In this document: in pieces, positions 9,741-18,616 of the stretch
Position numbering within the stretch: position 1 is the first letter of the stretch
Layout of the letters: each line of letters begins with the position of its first letter
IMG/VR virus record: IMGVR_UViG_3300038479_000056
Span: 1 to 54,380 of that record
DNA: 54,380 nucleotides
From: a virus
Taxonomy: Duplodnaviria; Caudoviricetes
Strand: one strand, 5' to 3'
The notes under the pieces: generated by a model
What the model saw: only the letters and a program-made list of their open reading frames with translations
Databases searched by the model: none
What the model was told of the DNA's origin: nothing
Made by a program: the position numbers and the translations under genes

Positions 9741-10779
9741 CAGACCGCGCCCGGATGTTCTTCGAGGCTTGGCGGTCTGCGTCGTCCTTGTGGCCGCACT
9801 TCTGACAACAGAAGCGCAAGCCTTTCCGGTTCGATGCCGAGACATGGCCGCAGGCACTACACCCACGGCTTGTGTTGCGGGGGCTGACGGACTCCAATTC
9901 GATTCCGACAGCAGCAGCCTTATAGGCGATCTTGAATCGCATATCGGCATACGGCCAGCGGTGAACTTTGGAACGGAGGTCTTTCCCCTTGCTCAGAGAA
10001 CTGTCTCGAATGTTCTCCAAGTTCTCGACCACGATGCGCCTTGCTCCAACCTCAACCGCGTAGCTGACCAGTGCCTTACTTGCCGTGTGGAGCAAGTGCG
10101 CGGTTACGGCAGCCTCATGCCCGGACATCCTTCGCAGGAGCCTCCGGGCACTTCTGGTGCCAACCGACTGGACAGCGGCGCGGGTGCGCCGGATACAAGA
10201 ACGACGGTGATTCAACACCCCGCCGTGGAAGAAAAATGGTTTGGCGTTTGCCGAGTTGGTAGCGACCAGCATTCGCTTGATGCCGAAATCACAGCCGACA
10301 ATGCAGCCCTCGGACTTCGGTTCGGGAATCTCGACTTCGTGAGCCAAGCAGAGAAACCACTGGTTGCCTATACGCTTGATCTTGGAGTCTTTCCAGTCGC
10401 CCTCTGGCAGTGGGCGGGAATCCACGACGGTCAGAAGTTCCCCCCAAAGTGTGATGCCTTTTTTGGTGCGATTGAAATCCCGCTTCCATACCGTCGGGAT
10501 AACGGCACGGGAAAACTTCGCAAGCCTCCAACGCTTGTTCGCCTTGGCGGTCTTGTAGGTGGCGCAGACGGTTTTGCAGAGGGAGCAGGCAAGTTGGGAA
10601 GGCAGCCCCATCTCTCGGAGGTTGGCGTAGTGAGCTTTTGCCAGTCGATTCGAGTTCAACTCCTCGGTCTTGAAGGCAATATCGGAAAGCCAGTTTGCAG
10701 CTTTCAGCCAAACAGCAAGCAATCCGTCAGCTTTTGTGCTGCCGGAAATCTTGAGCTTGACTGTGCGGATTGCTTTCAC
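9598..10779 (-). CDS. tnpB: RNA-guided endonuclease TnpB
   Basis: RTVKLK N-terminus; GCDFG / VVENL / DADRQAS; CSAC..CQKC. Confidence 0.95.
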   Translation of the reverse strand: MKAIRTVKLKISGSTKADGLLAVWLKAANWLSDIAFKTEELNSNRLAKAHYANLREMGLPSQLACSLCKTVCATYKTAKANKRWRLAKFSRAVIPTVWKRDFNRTKKGITLWGELLTVVDSRPLPEGDWKDSKIKRIGNQWFLCLAHEVEIPEPKSEGCIVGCDFGIKRMLVATNSANAKPFFFHGGVLNHRRSCIRRTRAAVQSVGTRSARRLLRRMSGHEAAVTAHLLHTASKALVSYAVEVGARRIVVENLENIRDSSLSKGKDLRSKVHRWPYADMRFKIAYKAAAVGIELESVSPRNTSRGCSACGHVSASNRKGLRFCCQKCGHKDDADRQASKNIRARSVSIACNASETASIKAAKSIGSVDIDSESCVPHGDLVLVKDSAKSPCL

Positions 10780-10787
10780 TACATTGA

Positions 10788-10816
10788 AGGCTACTACAAA
10801 GAAAAAACAATGTCAA
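10788..10816 (-). promoter_or_regulatory. Sigma70-like promoter of tnpB2
   Basis: TTGACA-17-TAGCCT ending about 9 nt before the GTG. Confidence 0.55.
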
Positions 10817-10845
10817 CCGAATTGCGAAGCGTGAAAAACAAATAA
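10810..10845 (+). pseudogene. tnpA: Putative tnpA N-terminal stub
   Basis: MSTELRSVKNK, divergent from tnpB; matches MSNELR of element 4. Confidence 0.45.
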
Positions 10846-10849
10846 GTCA

Positions 10850-12142
10850 ATGCAGGATATTTCTCAAATTACAGCGTGCTTGATTTCGTCGGGATTATTC
10901 CAGCCTATGGCGCATATTTTAGCCACGAAATGCAAAAGGGTTTTAATCTGGTCGCCGGATGAAAGAGATTTTCCGTCCGTGAAACAGGCCAGCATGGGCA
11001 GCGGCTTTCCCGACATCGAACGGGTGCGGGAGTTTTGGCCGTTGAAGAACGAAATAAGTTGCTTCGTTTTTCCCGATGTCTCCATGCCCGGCCTGCAACT
11101 CGAATTGGAGTCCCAAGGATACCCCGTTTGGGGAAGCCGCAACGGGGTTGATCTGGAATTGAAGCGGGAACGGTTCATGGAGGTCTTGGGCGAGATCGGT
11201 CTGGACGTGCCGCCGTTCCATGTCTGTGCTGGCATGGACGAACTCCGGGCCTATCTCCGGGACAATGAAGATCAATTCGTCAAGATCAGCCGTTTCCGGT
11301 TCGACATGGAAACGCACCATTGGCGGAACTGGGCGATGGACGAGAGCTGGTTGGATTGGCTTGCTTACAGCTTAGGGCCGGTCAAGGACGTGCTTCGGTT
11401 CCTGGTCTTTGCCAAGATCGAGACCGATCTTGAAATCGGTGGCGACACGTTCAATGTGCGCGGGCAATGGCCGGGGCTGATGCTGAACGCTTATGAGTAC
11501 AAGGATTCCACCTTGTTTTCGGCTGTGACCAAGCGCGAGGAAATGCCGGAACAGATTCAGGAAATAATGACGGCACTGACACCGTACTTGACCGAGTGCA
11601 ATTACCGGAACCAGATCAGTTTCGAGGACAGGGTCAAGGGCGACAAACATTACTTCATAGATGCCACGATGCGCGGAGGTATGCCGAGTTCTGGCAGTCA
11701 GCAGCTTCTTTGGGGCAACTTTCCTGAGATCGTTTGGGCCGGAGCAAATGGGGAACTGGTCGAGCCGGTGCCGTGGGCAAAGTTCAGCTTGGAGTGCATG
11801 GTGACGGCGGAAGCCGGGGACGCGCCGTGGATAAAATGCGAGTTTGACCAGGCACTTTTCCCGTGGCTTCGGCTTTCGGATTGCGCCCTTATCAATGGCA
11901 TTCACTGTTTCCCCCAAGAAGAATCGCATGGAGGGGAACTGGGTTGGTTGGTGGCTCTTGGGGATAGCCCGCAGGAAGTCTTAGACGAGGCAAAACGGCT
12001 GGCTGATTTGCTCCCGGACGGGTGCGATGCCAAGTTGGAAAATCTGGTCGGCCTCATCAAAGAAGTCGAAACCGGAGAGAAAGCGGGCGTGCCTTTTACC
12101 AGTTATCCAATTCCAACTCCCGGAGAAGTAGTTGCCGAATGA
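10850..12142 (+). CDS. ATP-grasp fold protein (PurD-like)
   Basis: GYPVWGS..LELKRERFMEVLGEIGLDVPPF, FVKIS and YFIDATMRGG resemble GAR synthetase-like ATP-grasp proteins. Confidence 0.65.
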   Translation: MQDISQITACLISSGLFQPMAHILATKCKRVLIWSPDERDFPSVKQASMGSGFPDIERVREFWPLKNEISCFVFPDVSMPGLQLELESQGYPVWGSRNGVDLELKRERFMEVLGEIGLDVPPFHVCAGMDELRAYLRDNEDQFVKISRFRFDMETHHWRNWAMDESWLDWLAYSLGPVKDVLRFLVFAKIETDLEIGGDTFNVRGQWPGLMLNAYEYKDSTLFSAVTKREEMPEQIQEIMTALTPYLTECNYRNQISFEDRVKGDKHYFIDATMRGGMPSSGSQQLLWGNFPEIVWAGANGELVEPVPWAKFSLECMVTAEAGDAPWIKCEFDQALFPWLRLSDCALINGIHCFPQEESHGGELGWLVALGDSPQEVLDEAKRLADLLPDGCDAKLENLVGLIKEVETGEKAGVPFTSYPIPTPGEVVAE

Positions 12143-12143
12143 T

Positions 12144-12374
12144 ATGAACCCGCTCCCAAACCTGCCGCCAGTTCAGTCCGCGCCCGCGCCAGCCCCGGCC
12201 CATGACCATACCGTGCGCGAGGGCCAGACCTGTCCGACCTGCAACCGGGTCAAGGAATACGCTACGACCAAGCCGGGCGTGATGCCGGGGAAAGGCACCA
12301 AAATCCGTGTCATGGCGACCAAGAGCCGGGGCCGGAAACAGGCTAAGGACGCACGAAAGGTGCGTTTCTATTAA
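12144..12374 (+). CDS. Small basic hypothetical protein (CxxC)
   Basis: CPTC motif; fills the gap between genes. Confidence 0.5.
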   Translation: MNPLPNLPPVQSAPAPAPAHDHTVREGQTCPTCNRVKEYATTKPGVMPGKGTKIRVMATKSRGRKQAKDARKVRFY

Positions 12375-12405
12375 CATGAAAAGACGCAATTTTTTAACAG
12401 CAAGT

Positions 12406-13302
12406 ATGGTTGCCGCTCCGTTCCCTTGGTTCGGGGGAAAGTCTCGCGCTGCGGAGCTTATCTGGAGCCGTCTTGGACCGGTCTCGAATTACGTCGAGCC
12501 TTTCGCGGGATCGTTGGCCGTGCTGCTAAATCGACCGCACCCTCCCAAGGCAGAAACCGTAAACGATCTGGACTGCTACCTTGCAAACTTTTGGCGTGCC
12601 GTCGCCGCCGTGCCCGAGGAAGTGGCGCGCTGGGCGGATTGGCCGGTAAATGAAGCCGACCTGCACGCCCGGCATACCGAGCTAATAGCCGCGAAAACCG
12701 CGCATCGAGAGCGGATGCTGACGGAGCCGGATTATTTTGACGCACGGCTTGCTGGGTGGTGGGTATGGGGGCAGTGCGCGTGGATCGGAACTGGGTGGAC
12801 TGTAGAGAAATCTAGGCAATTGCCGCACCTCGGGGACGCGGGGCGCGGTGTGAACCGGCAGTTGCCGCACCTTGGGGACGCGTGTCAGGAGTATTTCCTG
12901 ACTCTCTCACGCCGCCTGCGCCGCACGCGTGTGGCGTGTGGTCATTGGGACCGCGTGCTCGGTGATAGCGTGACTTGGAGGCATGGCATGACAGGGATTG
13001 TGCTAGACCCTCCTTACGACCAGGGTGAGATGGAATACGCCTCGCACACGGGCCTTTCGAGCGAAGTGCGTCACTGGTGTCTTGAGAACGGAAATCACGA
13101 ACTTTTGCGCATCGCGCTGTGCGGTTTGGAAGGGGAACACGATTTGCCAGGCTGGGATTGCGTCCCGTGGAAAGGTCGAGGCGGCTACGGCTCACAGCGA
13201 TCCGAAGGAAAGAACGAAAACCGAAAACTTGAACGCATCTGGTTCTCTCCAAATTGCGTGCCGGCCTATGACCTTTTTTTCAAAGTAGCCCACTACCAAT
13301 AA
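12406..13302 (+). CDS. DNA adenine methyltransferase (D12/Dam-like)
   Basis: PFPWFGGKS, YVEPFAGS, VNDLD, DPPY; alternative start at 12376. Confidence 0.9.
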   Translation: MVAAPFPWFGGKSRAAELIWSRLGPVSNYVEPFAGSLAVLLNRPHPPKAETVNDLDCYLANFWRAVAAVPEEVARWADWPVNEADLHARHTELIAAKTAHRERMLTEPDYFDARLAGWWVWGQCAWIGTGWTVEKSRQLPHLGDAGRGVNRQLPHLGDACQEYFLTLSRRLRRTRVACGHWDRVLGDSVTWRHGMTGIVLDPPYDQGEMEYASHTGLSSEVRHWCLENGNHELLRIALCGLEGEHDLPGWDCVPWKGRGGYGSQRSEGKNENRKLERIWFSPNCVPAYDLFFKVAHYQ

Positions 13303-13303
13303 T

Positions 13304-13582
13304 ATGCTTCGTTCACCCCGCGTTAAATTTGTTACAGGCCCGCACAAGGCTGCGTTTGAAACCATCGTTGCCAGCCAAGCCTTTGAAGAAGCGACTCTGG
13401 CCGCCCTACTCGAGTACCAAGCCAGTCTGCCGCTGGATTGCGACTTGAATCAAGCTGTTGCAGCTCATAACCAGATGGTGGGCGCGCGCCGGTTCCTGGA
13501 CACGCTTTGTTCCATCCACAAACCCGAAACCGTCCATAAACAGGCCGAACAAACCGGCTTGGACGAAACAGCAGGAGTATAA
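13304..13582 (+). CDS. Hypothetical protein preceding scaffold
   Basis: Tight packing; helical composition. Confidence 0.6.
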   Translation: MLRSPRVKFVTGPHKAAFETIVASQAFEEATLAALLEYQASLPLDCDLNQAVAAHNQMVGARRFLDTLCSIHKPETVHKQAEQTGLDETAGV

Positions 13583-13585
13583 CCT

Positions 13586-14854
13586 ATGTCAGCCGCATTA
13601 GCCCCGCCCCCAGCCGCCCCAGCGCCAGCAGCCGCCCCGCCCGCTTCGACGCCACCAACACCCTCTTCCGCGCCGCCAGCGCCTTCTCCTGAACGAAGAG
13701 GCGGTTCGCTCCGGGAAGAAATCGGCGCGGACTTTGACGAGGCGGATAAGCCGCGTGAACGCGGCCCGGATGGCAAGTTCAAGCCCGCCGACTCGAAACC
13801 GCCTGACCCAAAACCAGTCGAGCCGCCACCCGAACCGAAGCCCGGTGAAGTCACGCCGCCGGCTCCGGAAAAGCCCAAAGGCCAGGAACGGACGGCGGAT
13901 CTGCGCGCCAGCCGTGATAATTGGCAGCGCAAAGCGACTGAGCTTGAGCCGAAAGTGGCTGATCTTGAGCGGCAACTGGCCGAGTTTCGCGCCAAACCGC
14001 CCGTGGACCCCGGCCCGATCCAAGCGCAACTAAAGTCGTTGCAGGACGAAAACGCCCGGTTGCAGGAGACGGTCAGGTTCACGGCCTATAAAGAGTCCAG
14101 GGAATATCTGGAAACGGTTAGGAAACCGCTGGATGACGAATGGGCGGCGACGGCTGAGGACATCAATGGGTTCACGGTCGAATTGGCCGATGGCACCAGC
14201 CGCCCGGTGACGACCACCGACATCATGCGTCTGGGCGATGCCAACCTGAACGGCAAACAGCGCCAAGACCTCGCCCGGGAATGGTTTGGGGATTCTGCCG
14301 CGGCGATCCTTGCGCACGTCAATAATCTGCGCCATTTGTCCACCAAAGAAGCTCAAGCCGTGGCCAATGCCAAAACCAAGGCGGGCGAGCGCCAGACACA
14401 AATGACCACGGCCAGGACGCAGCAGGACGCGGCTTTGGGCAATGAATATGTCCAGTCGCAGACCGCGCTCGCTACGAAATATCCGAAATGGTTTGGGCCG
14501 GACCCGGCTGATGCGCCCGGAAACGAATTGCTCACCAAAGGCTTTCATTACGCCGATGCGGTGTTCAACAATGCGCCGGTCAAACAGGAGAACGGGACAA
14601 TGGCCCCGCTGACGCCGCAACAGCGCGTGCGCCGGCTGGCCGTCATCCGGGCCAAAGCCGCCAATCACGACCGGCTCGCGGCCAGGGTCAAGACCATGCA
14701 GCAAACCATAGCTGATCTAGAATCGGATTTGGCTGAATTCGGCAAGTCTGTCCCTGGTGGCGGCACCGCTTCCGCTCCGGGCGCGGCACCCAAGTACAAG
14801 AGCCTGACTGACGAAATCAACGCGGACTTCGAGGCCGCAGACAGGAAACGGTAA
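13586..14854 (+). CDS. Putative capsid scaffolding protein
   Basis: Pro-rich N-terminus with RGPDGKF, coiled coils, located upstream of capsid. Confidence 0.6.
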   Translation: MSAALAPPPAAPAPAAAPPASTPPTPSSAPPAPSPERRGGSLREEIGADFDEADKPRERGPDGKFKPADSKPPDPKPVEPPPEPKPGEVTPPAPEKPKGQERTADLRASRDNWQRKATELEPKVADLERQLAEFRAKPPVDPGPIQAQLKSLQDENARLQETVRFTAYKESREYLETVRKPLDDEWAATAEDINGFTVELADGTSRPVTTTDIMRLGDANLNGKQRQDLAREWFGDSAAAILAHVNNLRHLSTKEAQAVANAKTKAGERQTQMTTARTQQDAALGNEYVQSQTALATKYPKWFGPDPADAPGNELLTKGFHYADAVFNNAPVKQENGTMAPLTPQQRVRRLAVIRAKAANHDRLAARVKTMQQTIADLESDLAEFGKSVPGGGTASAPGAAPKYKSLTDEINADFEAADRKR

Positions 14855-15204
14855 TGACCGATCAGCCCTACATGGATTGCACCCGGCCCATCACCCAGGT
14901 GCGTCCTTTGCGCGGCCAGGTCTTGGTCGAACTGTTACCGGCCCCGTTCCAGATCGGGAGCATCTCGCTCCCGCCACAGACCAAACACCGGGCCGGGGCT
15001 GGGGGCGCGCTGGTCCGGGAAATGGAGAAATACCCACTTTTGGAAGGGTTGGTCAGAGCTGTAAATCCAACGCCGGGGGAAAAACCGGAAATTGTTCTTG
15101 GAGATCGAATCTTATGTCGCTTTTATGCCGGAAAGAATTTACGACACGCCGGAAAGGAGTGGAAGTTGCTTAAGCTGACTGACCTTGAAGGGGTTTTTGT
15201 TTGA
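14854..15204 (+). CDS. GroES/Cpn10-like co-chaperonin
   Basis: VRPLRGQVLVE...GLVRAV...LGDRILCRFYAG...LLKLTDLEGV. Confidence 0.75.
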   Translation: MTDQPYMDCTRPITQVRPLRGQVLVELLPAPFQIGSISLPPQTKHRAGAGGALVREMEKYPLLEGLVRAVNPTPGEKPEIVLGDRILCRFYAGKNLRHAGKEWKLLKLTDLEGVFV

Positions 15205-15263
15205 CCCCGACCCGATCCTGGGCCAGATTTGAACCGTCAGAATTGTTTGTTCTGGTGTGTTTG

Positions 15264-15294
15264 CCCCGGCTGCTGAGTGGTAGCCGGGGTTTTT
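15264..15294 (+). terminator. Intrinsic terminator
   Basis: CCCCGGCT..AGCCGGGG followed by TTTTT. Confidence 0.7.
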
Positions 15295-15361
15295 ATTGTT
15301 TTGCTCATGGCGTCTTTGCCTGTGACTGGCGGCATAGGCGCGATTGTAGGCTGTGAATTTT

Positions 15362-15532
15362 TCAGGATTGCGCAGTCGTGCTCGACGTTTGTGTTCTCTC
15401 CAATACGTTCTTTTTTGGTCTGCCGCCGAGCTTTCCGTTGCGCCGGGCCGCTCTGATTTTGGCCATTGATTTTGATTTTCCACCGACACGCCCACCGCGT
15501 CGGCCAAGAATAACTGCGTGTTTGTTTGGCAT
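15362..15532 (-). CDS. Small basic GG..RxNGKxGGRP protein
   Basis: Paralogous to the N-terminus of 48966-49415. Confidence 0.6.
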   Translation of the reverse strand: MPNKHAVILGRRGGRVGGKSKSMAKIRAARRNGKLGGRPKKNVLERTQTSSTTAQS

Positions 15533-15595
15533 ATCATTAACCCAAACAATACAGATTGCGCTTTGGGTTTGCCAGAAAAATCGTAAAAAAAGAAT

Positions 15596-15624
15596 TTGAC
15601 GAATCAAATCACCAGTTCTAAGTT
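15596..15624 (+). promoter_or_regulatory. Sigma70-like promoter for capsid operon
   Basis: TTGACG-17-TAAGTT with an A-rich upstream tract. Confidence 0.65.
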
Positions 15625-15630
15625 CGCATC

Positions 15631-15885
15631 ACAAAGTCCGCTGGTAGCAATACCTGGGCGGACAATGCCGAGTCCAATCTCGGAAGTCTGCGACGACTTC
15701 ATCTCGAAGCGCGGTTTCAGACAAATCCCAAAATGGCCGAGCAAGGATGCCGGCCAAAGCGGGCCGCAAACGCCGTAGCGGTTCGCCTTAAAATGCGGCC
15801 TGGGTTCCCAACTCAGGATGAGGGTTCGCTCCTCACGAACGGCATGTCCCAACGCAGAACGTGTGTCGTTGCGGTATGTGCCGAT
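15631..15885 (+). ncRNA. Multi-hairpin structured leader/ncRNA
   Basis: About nine consecutive stem-loops read by eye. Confidence 0.55.
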
Positions 15886-16083
15886 TTCCGACCTGTCTGC
15901 AAAATTTAATTCCTGTTAAGAGAGAGAAGAAGCATATCGATTGCCGAGCGTTTAGTGATATTTTGAGCCGCCGCGCGGAACATTTGGATTCCGAAATTAT
16001 CGTTGACCTTCATCCCCAAGACGGTTGGATTGGGCATGTGGCGACCGGCAAATTTCCCGCTGAACAAGGCGTTCAGCACACCT
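15876..16083 (+). CDS. Major capsid protein, exon 1
   Basis: Joins exon 2 in frame (GVQHT-F-DRFNQVW); start codon uncertain (15861 or 15876). Confidence 0.7.
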
Positions 16084-16355
16084 TAACGTAAGTCAGGGGT
16101 GCTTTTTGCGAGTAACGAACAAAATCGCAAGATGAAAAATCCAGGAAAATCGGTGAACGCTAAAGCCAATGGCCAAGCCAATACCGAGGCGAGCCGGGAC
16201 AACCCGGAAGCCGTAACGAGTCAGTGTGGCAGAGCGAGAGCCTGCCGCCGCGCTGGAAGCCGAATTACAGGCTAAGATGGACTCTGACCCTGCTGGAAAC
16301 AGCAGGAGCTTGGCAGAAATGACCAAGCCGCTCCGGGTGGAGTAGTAACAAATTG
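16084..16355 (+). ncRNA. Group I self-splicing intron, no ORF, 272 nt
   Basis: P1 CACCT/GGGTG with U.G pair; P10 GTCAG/TTGAC; P3 TCCAG/CTGGA; P4 TCGGTG/TACCGA; R CGTAACGAGTC; S AAGATGGACTC; terminal G16355. Confidence 0.9.
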
Positions 16356-17809
16356 TTGACCGTTTCAACCAGGTCTGGCCTGATTTGAGTTCGCCGTGGA
16401 CGCCGATTACGACGCAGGGTTGTGTCGGGAACCCGTGCGATCCGCCGTTGACCAAGATCGGGATGGGGTTCACGCGGTACAGCTACCAATTGTTCCAGAG
16501 GACGTATGGGACGGACCTGTTTTGTTTCCCGCAGATATTGAGTGCGGACCGGGCCAAGGAACAATTCGCGCACGTCGTCGAGACATTGCGCCGTAGCACG
16601 AGCATCATCCACAGTCATCGCGCGCGGTTGCAGGCGTTGCAATGGGCCGGGCAACAGTGGAGTTGTGCCGCTAACGGTTTGCAACCGATTGGCCAACTGG
16701 GCGTGGCGGCGGGTTATTGGGACCCGACGCAGACCGTATACAATTTGCCGACGTTGCCCACGAGCAAGATCACGGCGAAACATTTGATGCGCCGGGTGCA
16801 TCCGCAGATATTGTTGGGGGCATTGCGGAGGAAGATCGTTGGGAACAAGTATCAGAGCGATTCCAAAGACTACGGGAGCCAGCCGATGTTGGAATTCGCG
16901 TATGACATGGAAGGGATTTGGGAAATTACGGAGGGCAACCCGGAACTGACCGATCATTGGCGGTACAGTGAGTTTAACAGCACCGACGCCAAGGCGTATT
17001 ACAAGTACGGCTGGCAGGGGAGCGTGGGCAATTACGGGATTCGGCCCGATGTCATGCCGTTGCGGTTCACGAACCTGCAAACGCAGAACGCGGACGGGAC
17101 GCATCAGTTGCAACTCATTTTCCCCTATACCAACGTCAACGCGACCGAGGGCATCAAGGAACAGCCGCAGCAGATTTATCAGGATGCGCCCATTCAGGTG
17201 AACTTCATCTGGCACCGGATGGTGATGATCAAGCTGACGCGGGAGAGCACCAGCATCAATCCCGAAATGCCGTTTGCCATGTTGGATTTTGGCGGCAAAT
17301 GGATGTTCGCGATGAATAACCTGGGTGATTGCCTGCAAAGCGACGGCCTCTATCACGCCATCGACAATTCCTGGGGCAACAAGGGCCGGTTCCAAAGCTG
17401 GTTCAGCGACGCTTACAAGGTGGAATATCCCGAATTGGCGGAAGTGTTCTGGTGCCTGCGCGAACCGGCCTGCATCGTGGACTCGCCCCGGTGCGCTCCT
17501 GACCCTGGCTACCCTGCCGTCAGCTATGCCAGCGCCAACGCGCCTTGCGCGCCGTCGCCTATCGTCATTACCGAGTTGCCAGTGCTCAATCCGGGGACTT
17601 CAACCTACGAAATTGCGATGAACACAATCACTTGCAATGGCTTGCAGGTGGTTCATGCGCCAATTACTGGGACGGCTACGCTGGCGGCTCTTGTCGCTCA
17701 GATGAACACCGTGCTCTCGGCCCTCGGGACATGGGCGGTGTCGGGTGCGAACATCACGTTGACCACTTCGGCTTGCGCCAATATCGGCTTGCCGTTCACG
17801 GTAACATAA
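16356..17809 (+). CDS. Major capsid protein, exon 2
   Basis: Spliced CDS of 553 aa; follows scaffold and GroES; followed by a terminator. Confidence 0.75.
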
Positions 17810-17823
17810 TTGCGGTGTGGGTT

Positions 17824-17860
17824 GACGGGGCCGGGTTGTTGTTGGCCCGGCTCCGTTTCC
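17824..17860 (+). terminator. Terminator-like hairpin after capsid gene
   Basis: GACGGGGCCGGG..CCCGGCTCCGTT. Confidence 0.55.
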
Positions 17861-17874
17861 CGTAAAGGCTACTT

Positions 17875-18186
17875 ATGAACGAAAATGCGGACATGGACGC
17901 GCTTTACAGCGAGACCAAGCCAGTGGCACGGCCCGGTGAGCGGCCCAAACCCAAGTCGATTGATGAGCAGGAAGCTCAAGACATGGCGAAAACGGCTCTG
18001 GTCCCGCTGAAAGCTTTCAAAAATGGATGCGAAGTTGGCCAGAAATACACAATCGAAGTCGTGGCTGACCACGGCGAGGAGGTTGAGGTTAAGGTAGTGG
18101 AAGGCGAAACCGAGCCCAAACCCGAAATGGCGATGGCCAAAGCCGATGACGGCGGGGATGGTTATGCCGAAATGCTAAAAGAATGA
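17875..18186 (+). CDS. Acidic hypothetical protein
   Basis: ORF packing. Confidence 0.6.
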   Translation: MNENADMDALYSETKPVARPGERPKPKSIDEQEAQDMAKTALVPLKAFKNGCEVGQKYTIEVVADHGEEVEVKVVEGETEPKPEMAMAKADDGGDGYAEMLKE

Positions 18187-18190
18187 TTTT

Positions 18191-18562
18191 ATGGCACTAA
18201 ATTTAAATGCTCTGCTGAATAATTTGGTTCAAAACGCGACCTGTTGGGATTGTCTGAGCAAGACCGAGAAGAAGGAAGTGGAGGTTTATTTCCTGGCCTT
18301 GGCCTTGAAAGCCTTGGGTGGAGAAGACTACACCAACATCAACACGTTACGGCAGGGTGTAGCGTGTTACTGCGTGCCGGACGCGCGGCTGGACAGCTTC
18401 GACGTGGTGGTGGCCCAAACCCTGTGCGCGGCGGTGGGCGGGCCGACCCTGACCGTGACCGCGGCCAAGGCGGCCGTAACGTGCTGGTGCAATTTGGAAG
18501 AGCGGGAACTGCACGCGATGGAAATGAAGCTGAGAGCGCATTTGACCGCCTACAGCGCGTAA
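18191..18562 (+). CDS. Cys-rich putative virion protein
   Basis: Three repeats of an A-x-C-W/Y-x-C-like unit. Confidence 0.6.
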   Translation: MALNLNALLNNLVQNATCWDCLSKTEKKEVEVYFLALALKALGGEDYTNINTLRQGVACYCVPDARLDSFDVVVAQTLCAAVGGPTLTVTAAKAAVTCWCNLEERELHAMEMKLRAHLTAYSA

Positions 18563-18616
18563 CGCCAGAAAATTTGACCATGAAAAACCTGCATCCTGTT
18601 TATCGGGAGGTTCCAA

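Larger units (their letters stand above)
9583..10841 (-). mobile_element. IS200/IS605-family non-autonomous tnpB element 2
   Basis: Right-end hairpin CCCCGTGCCTTTAGGCCGGGG then AACTTTAA; removal restores portal CAG GA|A TAA; inferred TAM TTAT; no left-end hairpin seen. Confidence 0.75.
9646..10845 (+). other. Full-length antisense ORF across element 2
   Basis: 399 codons; ends at TAA 10843-10845, 4 nt before the ATG at 10850; translation unproven. Confidence 0.4.

Noticed and set aside
3549-10841. tnpB elements as IStrons (group I intron hybrids)
   Set aside because: No intron core at the left ends, which are under about 100 nt, and the elements are antisense to the host transcript
12376-12420. 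Tat signal (MKRRNFL) on the methyltransferase
   Set aside because: No proper hydrophobic region; ATG 12406 fits the family start; export makes little sense
15410-15416. Programmed -1 frameshift at A AAA AAG
   Set aside because: The -1 frame gives no convincing protein; the protein-like frame is +1
16356-16358. Alternative 3' splice site at G16358
   Set aside because: Also in frame, but P10 pairing (GTCAG/TTGAC) supports G16355
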